Positions 37,087-46,562 of a DNA stretch of 64,000 nt are shown here, in pieces. Both the position numbers and the translations under genes were made by a program. The notes under the pieces were generated by a model that was given only the letters and a program-made list of their open reading frames with translations, ran no database searches and was not told where the DNA came from. The DNA comes from Thermomicrobiales bacterium (lineage in GTDB: Bacteria > Chloroflexota > Chloroflexia > Thermomicrobiales > CFX8): NCBI GenBank assembly GCA_023954495.1, contig JAMLIA010000002.1:10742-74741 (forward strand), written 5' to 3'. Within the stretch, counting starts at the first letter, position 1, and the number at the start of each line of letters is the position of its first letter.

Positions 37087-38802
37087 ATGGTTCGTTCAGG
37101 ATGGGAAAAGCGCGACGAGCGGCGTATCGCTTCGCGAATCGCATACGGCCTGATTGCACTCGCGCTGCTCGCTGGTGCGCTGAGCCCATTGACGACACAA
37201 GCAGCCGGGATCAGCTTTTACGATCCGACCGGCCACTCGCTCAGTGGTCCGATCCGCGATTACTGGGAGTCGCGCGGCGGGTTGTGGCTGTTCGGCTATC
37301 CGATCTCCGAGCCGTATGAAGCAGTGTCCGAAGACGGTGAGTCGATCGTCGCTCAGTATTTCGAGCGAGCCCGACTGGAATACCATCCCTCGCTCGATGC
37401 CACGCCGTATCGCGTGCTCGGGGGGCGGCTTGGCTACGACCTGACACTCGGACGGCAGTCAGAGCGCTCGTTCCTCCCGATCAGTCGTTCTCAGGCCAGC
37501 TCCGGTTGCGAATTCTTTGAGCCGACTGGCCACAGTCTCTGTGAACCATTCCGTGATTGGTGGTATGCCAAGGGCGGACTCGCTATCTTCGGCTACCCAT
37601 TGTCAGAGGTCATGACCGAAGGCGGCTACCAGGTTCAGTACTTTGAACGTGCCCGGTTCGAGTGGCATCCCGAAAACATCGGAACCGACTGGGTGGTCGA
37701 GCTCGGCCATCTGGGCGTCGATGCAGCGGGTCGAACGGGAGTCGCAAGCACTGCTGCATTCAAGAATAGTCAGGCGCTATCGACATCGTTGCGTGTTGAC
37801 ATCACCGCTGCTGACGGGCCGAACGGATCGCCGGTCGGCACGCTCACTGCCGGTGAGATTGTTCGCGTCGTGGACGGTCCTCGCAATGACTGGTATCTCG
37901 TTTCAACATCACGGTTAACCGGCTGGGTGCCGTTCTCAGCGCTGAACTGGACCCGCACTCCAGACCCTCGGGCTGCGTCGGTCGAATCACTCGAAGCGTT
38001 CGACTCTGACGTAGCGGCGGCTGTGCGTCAGAACGACGCCTGGATGACAGTTGGCATCTATGACACGTCAACCGGCCGGCTGTATGGCGGTGGTTCGGGC
38101 GGGCTGATCGGCTCGGCGAGCCTCTCGAAGACCGTCGTGCTGGCGGTTGCGTTGCATCAGGTCGATACAGGACGCATCAGCCTGGACGATATTCGCGGTC
38201 TGATCGAGCCCATGATCATGTACTCGGACAACGACGCGACCAACACGATGTGGCGAATCATTGGGCAGGACGTCGGCGTCGTGGATGCGCTCAATGAGAT
38301 GGGCGTCAGTGGATTCGCTATTCAACACCCCTGGGACTGGGGCCAGACTGCCGCCAGCGGTGCCGACTGGGCGCGCTTCCTGGCGCTGTTCGGTAGCGGT
38401 CAGCTCGTTTCCCCGGGTCTCACATCGCTCGCGCTGGGGTTGATGCAGGATGTCACGCCCGCCCATCGCTGGGGCGTCAGTACGCAGGGGAGCGACCGCC
38501 TCGCGATTGGGAAGAACGGTTGGTACGTTGACGACGATCCGTACCAGTGGCGCATCGCTAGCGCAGGGTTTGTCTCAGGGCGTGAAGGCGCGCCGGGAGT
38601 CGCCCCGCTCGTCGTTGCGATCATTACGCGCTATCCCGCCGAGCTCGGCGAAGGCTGGGGCATCGCGAACGCAACCAATCTGACGCAACAGATCATGGAT
38701 CGTAGCGGCTTGATCTGGTCGACGCAGTACCTGGTCAACACGCGTAACCTGAGCGCGCTGCCCCGCAACGGACGTGCGCTTGGCGTTGGCCCACTCCCGT
38801 AG
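37087..38802 (+). CDS. Secreted serine hydrolase (class A beta-lactamase/transpeptidase-like) with two LGFP-like repeats and an SH3b-like domain
   Basis: It has a signal/TM segment (IAYGLIALALLAGAL). Two repeats read F(Y/F)(D/E)PTGHSL..P(I/F)RD(Y/W)W...GG....FGYP(I/L)SE...QYFERAR(L/F)E(Y/W)HP. The SH3-like part is GEIVRVVDGPRNDWYLVSTSRLTGWVPFSAL, and there is an S-x-x-K motif (ASLSK). Confidence 0.8.
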   Translation: MVRSGWEKRDERRIASRIAYGLIALALLAGALSPLTTQAAGISFYDPTGHSLSGPIRDYWESRGGLWLFGYPISEPYEAVSEDGESIVAQYFERARLEYHPSLDATPYRVLGGRLGYDLTLGRQSERSFLPISRSQASSGCEFFEPTGHSLCEPFRDWWYAKGGLAIFGYPLSEVMTEGGYQVQYFERARFEWHPENIGTDWVVELGHLGVDAAGRTGVASTAAFKNSQALSTSLRVDITAADGPNGSPVGTLTAGEIVRVVDGPRNDWYLVSTSRLTGWVPFSALNWTRTPDPRAASVESLEAFDSDVAAAVRQNDAWMTVGIYDTSTGRLYGGGSGGLIGSASLSKTVVLAVALHQVDTGRISLDDIRGLIEPMIMYSDNDATNTMWRIIGQDVGVVDALNEMGVSGFAIQHPWDWGQTAASGADWARFLALFGSGQLVSPGLTSLALGLMQDVTPAHRWGVSTQGSDRLAIGKNGWYVDDDPYQWRIASAGFVSGREGAPGVAPLVVAIITRYPAELGEGWGIANATNLTQQIMDRSGLIWSTQYLVNTRNLSALPRNGRALGVGPLP

Positions 38803-38823
38803 GCGCTGACAGCAAACCGGCGC

Positions 38824-39144
38824 CTATTCGCCGCCGGCGAGCCGTAGCAGCACAACGCCACCGATGATCAGGATGATGCCGCCGAGCCGAGCGAGATCAC
38901 GCGACTCGTTGAGGATAAGCATCCCCAGGATCGCCGTCCCGGCAGCGCCGATGCCAGTCCAGACAGCATAGGCCGTACCGACCGGCAACGTCCGCAGCGC
39001 CATCGAAAGCAGTGCAAAGCTCGTAATGCCCAGCACGAGGAACAGTGCGGTCGGCGTGAACTTCGAGAATCCCGCAGATTCCTTCAGCGACAACGCCATA
39101 CCAATTTCGAAGCAACCTGCCAGCACCAATAGCAACCACGCCAT
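38824..39144 (-). CDS. sugE: SMR-family guanidinium exporter (SugE/Gdx)
   Basis: 106 aa with 4 TM segments. MAWLLLVLAGCFEIGMALSLKES carries the conserved membrane Glu, and LPVGTAYAVWTGIGAAGTA is also present. A GAGGTG SD precedes the ATG. Confidence 0.92.
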   Translation of the reverse strand: MAWLLLVLAGCFEIGMALSLKESAGFSKFTPTALFLVLGITSFALLSMALRTLPVGTAYAVWTGIGAAGTAILGMLILNESRDLARLGGIILIIGGVVLLRLAGGE

Positions 39145-39271
39145 AGCATCACCTCAGGTTGTGGTCGGCGATTGCGCGCACGACAATGTCGAGTGCGGCG
39201 TCGATTCAGCCGATCTCACATTCAGTACTGATACCAATTGGTGGATTGCGGCAACAGCGTGCACGGTCCAC

Positions 39272-39322
39272 CCGGGTGCGTCGTCTTTGCGTCCCGGGTA
39301 CGGCGCACGTCTCGTCCGGAGC
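39272..39322 (-). promoter_or_regulatory. Guanidine-III riboswitch (ykkC-III motif)
   Basis: The minus strand reads CCGGACGAG-AC-GUGCGCCGUACCCGG-GACGC-AAAGACGACGCAC. The remembered consensus is CCGGACGAGGUGCGCCGUACCCGGUCAGGACAAGACGGCGC. The element lies upstream of sugE on the same strand. Confidence 0.78.
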
Positions 39323-39395
39323 TGACCGGCGTCAACTGTCGCAGATTTTATCATCGCTGATTCTGCATGGCTCGCATCTGGTAGGCTCCTGCGTC

Positions 39396-40601
39396 ATGTG
39401 CCACCTGAGCGCTGCGCGTCTGCGCCCCTGTTTCCAACGCCTCGTTTGTCTGCTCGTCCTGTCGACGATTCTGCTGATCGGCTGTAGCGGACCCGATGCT
39501 TCGCGCCCCGAGGCAACCGGCACTGCTGCTCCAGACACCACGCCGCTGGAGTCTGCGACGGCGACTGCTGCGCCACCCACGGTCACGACCGCGACTGATG
39601 CTTCCACGCCGACAGAGCCGTCTGGGGCGTCATGTGCTCCGGGCGTCGACATCCTCGGTTTCTCGGACGCGCTAGATAAGCTGCCGGTCGGCGATCACAC
39701 CGTTGGAAACATCTCGGCCATCGCGTGGGCCGGTGGCGACAGTTACCTTGGCGCTGCTGACCGTGACGGCGTGATCTACCGGATGACGTTCCCGCTTGAC
39801 AGTTCACCGCAGGTTGACGATCTGTTCCGCCTTACTGACGAGAACGGCCAGCCGTGGTCGGGCGATGCGATCGACGTTGAGGGCCTTGCCATCGACGGCG
39901 ACGACCTGCTGGCCGCCTCCGAGGTCGGCCCGACCATCCGGCGATTCAATGCGTCTGGCCAGCTCCTTGACGAGTACGACGTGCCAACCCGATTTCGTGT
40001 CGCGTCGGAAGGCGATGGCGGGTTGAACGAGACATTCGAATCCCTGGCAATCGATCCGGCTGGCGCAAGCCTCTGGACGGCGAACGAGAAGCCCCTCGGT
40101 TCAGACGGCTTCGACAGCGACGGACGCGGTCGCGTCCGCCTGCTGCAATTTCAGCGCGACGACAGCGGATTCATCGCCGGCACTCAGTTCGCGTACCTCA
40201 CCGAGCCAGAGCAGGGATTGTCCGAATTGCTGGTCGTAGACAACACTCACCTGCTGGCGCTGGAGCGTGGCTTCTCCCTGCTCGTCGGCTTCACCGCCAG
40301 GGTCTATCTGGTCTCGCTCGACGACGCTACGGATGTCAGCGCGATTGACAGCCTCAGCGATGCGGATGTCGTGCCGGTGACGAAGCGCCTGCTCGTCGAC
40401 CTCGGGCAATGCCCGGTGACGCCGGACGGTGGTCCGCCCGGCGACTTCAGCCCACTGCTCGACAACTTCGAGGGCATGACGTTCGGCCCGACTCTGCCCG
40501 ATGGACGACGTTCGCTGATCCTCGTCAGCGACGACAACGGGCAATCGCTGGAAGTCACACGTCTGATTGTGCTGGCAGTCAATCCGGATTCGCTGCACTG
40601 A
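39396..40601 (+). CDS. Lipoprotein of the esterase-like phytase family (Phytase-like beta-propeller)
   Basis: Lipobox LSTILLIGCSG. Motifs include EGLAIDGDDLLAASE, FESLAIDPAGASLWTANE, LLALERGFS and NFEGMTFGP...LILVSDDN. The ORF-track start at 39159 is an artefact that overlaps the riboswitch region. Confidence 0.8.
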   Translation: MCHLSAARLRPCFQRLVCLLVLSTILLIGCSGPDASRPEATGTAAPDTTPLESATATAAPPTVTTATDASTPTEPSGASCAPGVDILGFSDALDKLPVGDHTVGNISAIAWAGGDSYLGAADRDGVIYRMTFPLDSSPQVDDLFRLTDENGQPWSGDAIDVEGLAIDGDDLLAASEVGPTIRRFNASGQLLDEYDVPTRFRVASEGDGGLNETFESLAIDPAGASLWTANEKPLGSDGFDSDGRGRVRLLQFQRDDSGFIAGTQFAYLTEPEQGLSELLVVDNTHLLALERGFSLLVGFTARVYLVSLDDATDVSAIDSLSDADVVPVTKRLLVDLGQCPVTPDGGPPGDFSPLLDNFEGMTFGPTLPDGRRSLILVSDDNGQSLEVTRLIVLAVNPDSLH

Positions 40602-40663
40602 GCTAAGGCGATTGTCTTCAGATGCTGCCTCATCGTATCATTATTTCGGTGAGGGACGAAATA

Positions 40664-40958
40664 ATGGAGCACGTGGTGGACACCGTTTACCGGGCGTTAA
40701 GCGATCCAAATCGGCGCGCGATTCTGCGGATTCTCCGGCGCGGGGAGATGAGTGCCGGAGCCATTGCAGATGAATTGCCGATCGCAAAGTCGACGTTGTC
40801 AGACACTCAACGTGCTCAAGATGTGAACCCGTTATCGCCGAACGCGATGGAACGACGATCTGGTACAGGCTGAATATCGCAGCCTACGAAGAGACTCTAT
40901 TGCCGCGATCCTCGACTTGTTTGGTGTCGGCGAAGATCAACGGACGGGAGGCGATTGA
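40664..40958 (+). pseudogene. ArsR/SdpR-family winged-helix autorepressor, disrupted by about three indels
   Basis: Frame A gives MEHVVDTVYRALSDPNRRAILRILRRGEMSAGAIADELPIAKSTLS. The expected continuation is split over other frames: LNVLK (from 40806), EPVIAERDGTTIWYRLNIAAYEET (from 40825) and IAAILDLFGVGEDQRTGGD-stop (from 40899). That last stop overlaps the downstream start codon as TGATG. Confidence 0.7.
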
Positions 40959-41641
40959 TGAACTTCCGACTGCGCTACGAAGTCCCGCAGTGGATTATGC
41001 TGGCAGCAATGTTTCTCGCCAGCGGCATCATCTGGCCGTCGACTCCGGACCGCGTCCCTGTACACTGGAACGCCGCTGGCGAGGTTGATCGCTATGGCGG
41101 CAAGCTTGAGGGCCTGTTCCTGCTGCCATTGATTTCAGTTGGTCTGTATCTGCTGCTGCTCTTCTTGCCGCGCATCGATCCCGGCAAAGCCAGCTACGTG
41201 CACTTCTCGGGCGCGTATGCAGCAATGCGCATCGGCACGACAGCGCTGATGGCGGGCATTCACGCGCTCGTCCTGCTCTGGATCAAAGACATCAAACCCA
41301 ACGCAACGCTGATCGTCATGCTCGGGGTCGGACTGCTGTTCGTTCTGCTTGGCCTGGTGATGGGGAAGATTCAGCCCAACTGGTTCGTCGGCATTCGCAC
41401 ACCCTGGACGCTGTCGAGTCGTCGCTCCTGGACGCGTACCCATCGTCTTGGCGGCTGGCTCTTCATCGCCACTGGCCTGTTGATGATGATCGGCGGCCTG
41501 CTTCCACCGACCTGGTTGGTCCCACTGATCCTCGGTCCGACCATCCTTATGAGCTTGGTCCTGATCGTGTACTCCTACCTGGAATGGCGCAAAGACCCGG
41601 ACCGCAGTCGGCCTGGAACACGGATCAGCAACGAAGGCTAG
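40958..41641 (+). CDS. SdpI/YhfL-family membrane protein (DUF1648 plus SdpI immunity-like domain)
   Basis: MNFRLRYEVPQWIMLAAMFLASGIIWPSTPDRVPVHWNAAGEVDRYG is the DUF1648 signature (P..HWN..G..D.Y). The C-terminal TM bundle contains NWFVGIRTPWTLSS (SdpI motif). Confidence 0.85.
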   Translation: MNFRLRYEVPQWIMLAAMFLASGIIWPSTPDRVPVHWNAAGEVDRYGGKLEGLFLLPLISVGLYLLLLFLPRIDPGKASYVHFSGAYAAMRIGTTALMAGIHALVLLWIKDIKPNATLIVMLGVGLLFVLLGLVMGKIQPNWFVGIRTPWTLSSRRSWTRTHRLGGWLFIATGLLMMIGGLLPPTWLVPLILGPTILMSLVLIVYSYLEWRKDPDRSRPGTRISNEG

Positions 41642-41662
41642 GATCACTGACTGATCAACCGG

Positions 41663-42847
41663 TTAGCGCGAGATCGTCTGCTGGGGCAGATCGTAATCGT
41701 GCTCATCTCGCCAGAGATTGCCCTCGGCGACCCGCGATGGCCGGAACGGCGTCAGGTCGACGGTCGATGATTTGCCCTCGGTGATCAGCTCACTCAGGCA
41801 AAGCCCGATGGCTGGTGCAGTCTTGAAGCAGGTCCCGCTGTCACCGGTCATCGTAAAGAGGCCGTCATATTGCTCGATCTTCCCGATCAGCGGCCGACCG
41901 TCCGGGCTCATCGACAGCACACCGGCCCAGTTCCCGCGCATCGTGCTGTGACGCATGATCGGGAAACGTTGCACGAGCTGGCCCCGCGTGGCATCAATCT
42001 GCGCTTGCGACAGCGACTCGTTGATGGTGTCGAGGTCGATCTGGCCGGTCTGCGCGACTTCGGCACCGCCGAGCGTCGAATTCCCGTCAGTCGGGCGTGC
42101 CCAGGTGCCGTTGATGTGGTCGATGTAGGTGAGGTGGCTCGGCGAACGATCGTACGCCCAGCGGAAAACCGCCACGCGCGCCGGGATCGGCCGCAGTCCA
42201 AGGTCGATACCAATCGGATCGAAGAGCTGGTTTGACCACGCACCGGCGGCGACGACAACCGTCGATGCCGCAATCTGCTCAGTCGCGGTCTGGACGCCGG
42301 TGACCTTGTCCCCGTCGATCAGGATGCGCTCGACAGGCGTATCGAGCAGCAGCTCGACGCCCATCTGTTCCGCCGCGCGGGCGAAGCCGAAGGTCGTCGC
42401 GTTCGGGTCGGCGTAACCGGACCCTGGTTCCCAGGCGACGGCGTCCACATCATCGACATAGAGCGACGGATCCATCTCCAGCGCATCGGCTGCGCTGATC
42501 AGACGCGTATCAACGCCGACTTCCTGTTGCATGGCCAGGTTCGCCTCAAGGTCGGCACGCTGGTCGCGAGCGACGAAGACAAGCAGGCCGATCGGCTTGA
42601 ACCCGCAGTCGCCGCCAACGAGATCGCTCCAGTTCTGGAAATAGTCGAGGCTGACGCGAGCGAGACGAGTTTCGGGCTCGTTGGTGTAGTGCATGCGAAC
42701 CAGTGCGCCGCTCTTGCCGCTCGCACCGGCTGCGACATGGCGGCGTTCGACAACGATGATTTTGCCCGCTCCTGCCTTGGCCAGATGGAAGGCCGTGCTC
42801 ATCCCATTCACACCACCGCCGACGACGATAACGTCTGCACTCCGCAT
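41663..42847 (-). CDS. FAD-dependent oxidoreductase (DAO family; sarcosine oxidase beta / glycine oxidase-like)
   Basis: MRSADVIVVGGGVNGMSTAFHLAKAG carries the GxGxxG dinucleotide fold. Length is 394 aa. Confidence 0.88.
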   Translation of the reverse strand: MRSADVIVVGGGVNGMSTAFHLAKAGAGKIIVVERRHVAAGASGKSGALVRMHYTNEPETRLARVSLDYFQNWSDLVGGDCGFKPIGLLVFVARDQRADLEANLAMQQEVGVDTRLISAADALEMDPSLYVDDVDAVAWEPGSGYADPNATTFGFARAAEQMGVELLLDTPVERILIDGDKVTGVQTATEQIAASTVVVAAGAWSNQLFDPIGIDLGLRPIPARVAVFRWAYDRSPSHLTYIDHINGTWARPTDGNSTLGGAEVAQTGQIDLDTINESLSQAQIDATRGQLVQRFPIMRHSTMRGNWAGVLSMSPDGRPLIGKIEQYDGLFTMTGDSGTCFKTAPAIGLCLSELITEGKSSTVDLTPFRPSRVAEGNLWRDEHDYDLPQQTISR

Positions 42848-43039
42848 GGCTGTGTCCCTTATCGTTGCGACTCCGACAACCCTCTCGGCAACTCTACTTC
42901 AACTCAAACTACTACGCGTATTCAGTGATAGGCTCATGCATTGCAGCGTGCGGCGGGCCTTGCAATTCAGGCTATCCTTAACGATGCGCGGCGAGACTGC
43001 GCGTGCAGTCGTTAGGCGAAAAGTAGGCGGAAAAACAGA

Positions 43040-44803
43040 ATGAACGAAACGATCAGCGTCTTCGTTGCTTGGCCGTACGTCAACGGCGATGCCCATCTCG
43101 GGCACATCGCCGGTGCCGAGCTGCCGCCTGACCTCTTCACGCGCTACCACCGCCTGCGCGGCAACCGCGTCCTGATGCTCTCCGGCAGCGACACGCACGG
43201 TACGCCGATCACCATCGGCGCGGAAAAGGTCGGCAAGACGCCACGCGAGTACTTCGAGTACTACCACCGACGCATTCTCGAGTCGTGGCAGAAGCTGGGA
43301 CTGTCCTACGATCTCTACACGCACACCGACACCGAAAACCACTTCCGCGTCTCGCAGGACATCTTCAAGAATCTGCACGACAAGGAGTTCATCACGCTGC
43401 AACCGGTGCAGCAGTTGTATTGCGAGGTCGACAAGCGCTTCCTGCCCGACCGCTATGTTGAAGGCACGTGCCCCTTCTGCGGCTACACAAGCGCGCGCGG
43501 CGACCAGTGCGACAACTGCGGTCGCACGCTCGACGCGACCGACCTGATCGATCCGCGCTGCAAGCTGTGCGGCAGCACGCCGGTGATCCGTGACACCGAA
43601 CACTTCTTCTTCGATCTCCCGGCATTCGAGTCCCGCCTGCTCGAGTACATCAACGAACAAAAGCACTGGCGGCCAAACGTGCAGAACTTTGTGCGCAACT
43701 GGCTCCAGGAGGGATTGCTGTCGCGAGCAGTGTCGCGAGACATTGACTGGGGTATCCCGGTCCCAATCGAAGGCTACGAGCACAAGATCATCTATGTCTG
43801 GTTCGAGGCGGTCATCGGCTACCTGTCGGTGTCCATCGAGTGGGCAGCCAACAGTGGCAAGCCGGAGGCCTGGCGCGACTGGTGGTACGACCCGGAGGCG
43901 CGCTCATATTACTTTCTTGGCAAGGACAACATCCCGTTTCATGCCATCATCTGGCCGGCCGAGCTGCTTGGGTACGACACCGAGATGAATCTGCCCTACG
44001 ACATTCCGGCCAACGAGTTCCTCAATCTGGAAGGCAGCCAGTTGAGCACCAGCCGCAACTGGGCCGTCTGGCTGCCGGACTATCTCGAGCGCTATGATCC
44101 CGACCCTCTGCGCTACTACCTGACGGCGATTGCTCCCGAGACGCACGATAGCGAATTCACCTGGTCCGGCTTCGTCGAGCGCAACAACAACGAGCTCGTT
44201 GCTGCCTGGGGCAACCTGGTGAACCGCGTTGTGTCATTCGCGCATCGGCATTGGGATGGCGTCGTCCCAACGCCGGGCGAGCTGGACGATCGCGATCGTC
44301 AGCTGCTGGCCACGATCGAGGCCGGCTTCGCGACGGTTGCCGGTCACTACGAGCGGGTCGAGCTCCGCGAGGCGCTGCGGCAGTCGATTGCGCTCGCTCG
44401 CGAGGTCAATCGCTATCTCGACGAAACCGCGCCGTGGTTCGAGGTCAAGACCGACAAGGAAGCGGCTGCGACGAGCATCTTCGTCGCTCTGCGCGCTATC
44501 GATTCGTTGAAGATTATTCTCGCGCCAGTCCTGCCGTTCAGTAGCGAGCGCGTCCATCAGTTCCTCGGGTATGACGGCCGGCTGTCCGGAGAGATCACCA
44601 TCGCGGAGTACCAGGAAGAGACGCGCAGCCACGAAGCGCTGACCTACCAGCCGCTGGAGATCGAAACCACGGTCGATCGCTGGAAGCCGAGCGAGCTCCC
44701 GGCCGGGCAGAAGATTCAGAAGCCGACGGTCCTGTTCCGCAAGCTGGACGACTCTGTTGTCGAAGAGGAAATCGCGCGTCTGGAAGCGTCGGTCAAGGCG
44801 TAG
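43040..44803 (+). CDS. metG: Methionine--tRNA ligase
   Basis: HIGH motif (WPYVNGDAHLGHIAG), zinc knuckles CPFCGY...CDNCG...CKLCG, and a KMSKS-region variant (GSQLSTSRNW). Length is 587 aa with no C-terminal Trbp111-like domain. Confidence 0.95.
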   Translation: MNETISVFVAWPYVNGDAHLGHIAGAELPPDLFTRYHRLRGNRVLMLSGSDTHGTPITIGAEKVGKTPREYFEYYHRRILESWQKLGLSYDLYTHTDTENHFRVSQDIFKNLHDKEFITLQPVQQLYCEVDKRFLPDRYVEGTCPFCGYTSARGDQCDNCGRTLDATDLIDPRCKLCGSTPVIRDTEHFFFDLPAFESRLLEYINEQKHWRPNVQNFVRNWLQEGLLSRAVSRDIDWGIPVPIEGYEHKIIYVWFEAVIGYLSVSIEWAANSGKPEAWRDWWYDPEARSYYFLGKDNIPFHAIIWPAELLGYDTEMNLPYDIPANEFLNLEGSQLSTSRNWAVWLPDYLERYDPDPLRYYLTAIAPETHDSEFTWSGFVERNNNELVAAWGNLVNRVVSFAHRHWDGVVPTPGELDDRDRQLLATIEAGFATVAGHYERVELREALRQSIALAREVNRYLDETAPWFEVKTDKEAAATSIFVALRAIDSLKIILAPVLPFSSERVHQFLGYDGRLSGEITIAEYQEETRSHEALTYQPLEIETTVDRWKPSELPAGQKIQKPTVLFRKLDDSVVEEEIARLEASVKA

Positions 44804-44818
44804 CAACCGCAGTACAAC

Positions 44819-44863
44819 GAGCCGATCGGATCCGTTCCTGGAGCGAACGGGCCGGTCGGCTTT
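44819..44863 (+). terminator. Intrinsic terminator after metG
   Basis: AGCCGATCGG...CCGGTCGGCT (10 bp including one GU pair) encloses an inner CCGTTC/GAACGG stem and is followed by TTT. Confidence 0.65.
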
Positions 44864-44949
44864 TCGCATGTGATATAGTCTCCGATCCTGCGCTGTTCGT
44901 AACGATTGATCTGAATCGACGGCGAGCGATTTCGTCGTAGGAGGCTCCT

Positions 44950-45741
44950 GTGCGTCTGTATCTGGAGATTGTCAGGCGCGCATTCTCACGGCAACTCACC
45001 TACCGTGCGGCGACGCTCGCCGGTATGACGACCAACTGCTTTTTCGGCATCCTGCGTTCATACGTGTTCATGGCCGCCTACACCGGACGGGTCGACGCGC
45101 GCGGTTGGGCTCTGGATGATGCGCTGACCTATGTCTGGGTCGGTCAGGCGTTGATCATGCCGGTCTTCATGTGGGGGTGGTGGGATATCGCGTTGATCAT
45201 TCGCTCCGGAGATGTCGCGACCTATCTCAGCAAGCCGTTCGACTTCTACGGGTACTGGCTCAGTCAGGATACCGGACGAGCGATTTGCCACACCATGACG
45301 CGCGGCGTGCCGACAATGCTGACCGGCCTCATTCTGTTCGATGTCTTCCTGCCCAGGACCGTGACGACTGCGGTCGCCTTCGCCATCAGTGTCGTGTTGG
45401 CGGTCTGGATCAGCTTCGGGCTGCGTTATCTCGTAAACATCTCGGCATTCTGGCTGCTGGATTATCGCGGTCCGGGCATCCTGCTGATGTTCGCGACGAG
45501 CTTCTTTTCGGGCCTGCTGGTGCCGCTCGTGTTCTGGCCGGACTGGGCGCGGCAGGTCGCCGAGGCTTTGCCGTTCTCCGGGATGATCCAGGTGCCCGCC
45601 GATGTCTACCTCGGCATGCTGACTGGCGACGCACTCCTCGGCGCGCTGGCGTTCCAGCTCGCGTGGGCGGTCGGCCTGATGGTTGTTGGCCGTCGGCTCA
45701 CGTCGCTCGCGATTACGCGAGTCGTGGTGCAGGGGGGCTGA
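44950..45741 (+). CDS. ABC-2 family transporter permease (DUF990-like)
   Basis: Six hydrophobic segments. GTG start follows an AGGAGG SD. It is the first gene of a permease-permease-ATPase triplet. Confidence 0.8.
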   Translation: MRLYLEIVRRAFSRQLTYRAATLAGMTTNCFFGILRSYVFMAAYTGRVDARGWALDDALTYVWVGQALIMPVFMWGWWDIALIIRSGDVATYLSKPFDFYGYWLSQDTGRAICHTMTRGVPTMLTGLILFDVFLPRTVTTAVAFAISVVLAVWISFGLRYLVNISAFWLLDYRGPGILLMFATSFFSGLLVPLVFWPDWARQVAEALPFSGMIQVPADVYLGMLTGDALLGALAFQLAWAVGLMVVGRRLTSLAITRVVVQGG

Positions 45742-46556
45742 TGACGACGAGACTCCGCCAGGACATCAGCCTCTATATGACGCTCGTGCGCTCGCGCGTG
45801 CGCAGTCAGGCGCAGTACCGTGGTTCCTTTCTGCTGCTCACGTTCGTTACGTTCCTCGGTATGGCAACCGAGCTTGTTGCGCTCATCTTCCTGCTCGATA
45901 CCTTTGGCGACATCGCAGGCTGGGACATTGGCGAGATCGCGCTGCTCTACGGTCTGGCCGGTGTCGCGTTCGGCATCTCCGAAATGATCGGCGCTGGGTT
46001 CGACATGTTCCGCGACATGATCCGGCAGGGCGAGCTGGACCAGTTGCTGCTCAGGCCGGCCGGCGTCTTCACGCAGGTGATGGCAGCTGACTTTCAGTTG
46101 CGGCGCTTCAGTCGTATCGGTCAGGCATTGGTCGCGCTGGTTCTGGCATTGCGCTGGACCTCAATCGACTGGACACCGGAGAAGATGCTGTACCTCCCGT
46201 TGGTGATCGCCAGCGGCGCAGTCATGTTCCTGGCTGTGTTTGTTCTCGGCGCAACACTCTGCTTTTGGACGGTTGAAAGCGTTGAGGTCATCAACACGCT
46301 GACGAACGGCGGCTCGGAAATGACCAGCTACCCGATGTCGATCTATCACGACCTGATGCAGCGCTTCTTCACCTTCGTGATTCCGCTGTTGTTCGTGTCC
46401 TACATCCCGGCGTTGTATCTGCTCGACCGCCCCGAGGCGAGCGATTGGCCGCGCTGGATTCCGCTGATGCCGCCGGTCGCTGCGGCGGGGCTGGCTGGTG
46501 TTGCCTACGTCCTCTGGGGCATTGGTGTGCGGCATTATCGCAGTGCAGGGAGCTGA
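45741..46556 (+). CDS. ABC-2 family transporter permease (DUF990-like), second subunit
   Basis: Its ATG overlaps the upstream stop (CTGATGA). MTTRLRQDISLYMTLVRSRVRSQAQYRGSFLL... is followed by 6 TM segments. The 461-aa ORF-track entry is an out-of-frame artefact upstream of this start. Confidence 0.8.
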   Translation: MTTRLRQDISLYMTLVRSRVRSQAQYRGSFLLLTFVTFLGMATELVALIFLLDTFGDIAGWDIGEIALLYGLAGVAFGISEMIGAGFDMFRDMIRQGELDQLLLRPAGVFTQVMAADFQLRRFSRIGQALVALVLALRWTSIDWTPEKMLYLPLVIASGAVMFLAVFVLGATLCFWTVESVEVINTLTNGGSEMTSYPMSIYHDLMQRFFTFVIPLLFVSYIPALYLLDRPEASDWPRWIPLMPPVAAAGLAGVAYVLWGIGVRHYRSAGS

Positions 46557-46562
46557 ATCGGC

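Noticed and set aside
42848-43039. A possible T-box leader upstream of metG.
   Set aside because: The 190-nt region lacks the conserved T-box sequence (AGGGUGGUACCGCG-like), a specifier-loop architecture and a terminator. Only short generic hairpins are present.
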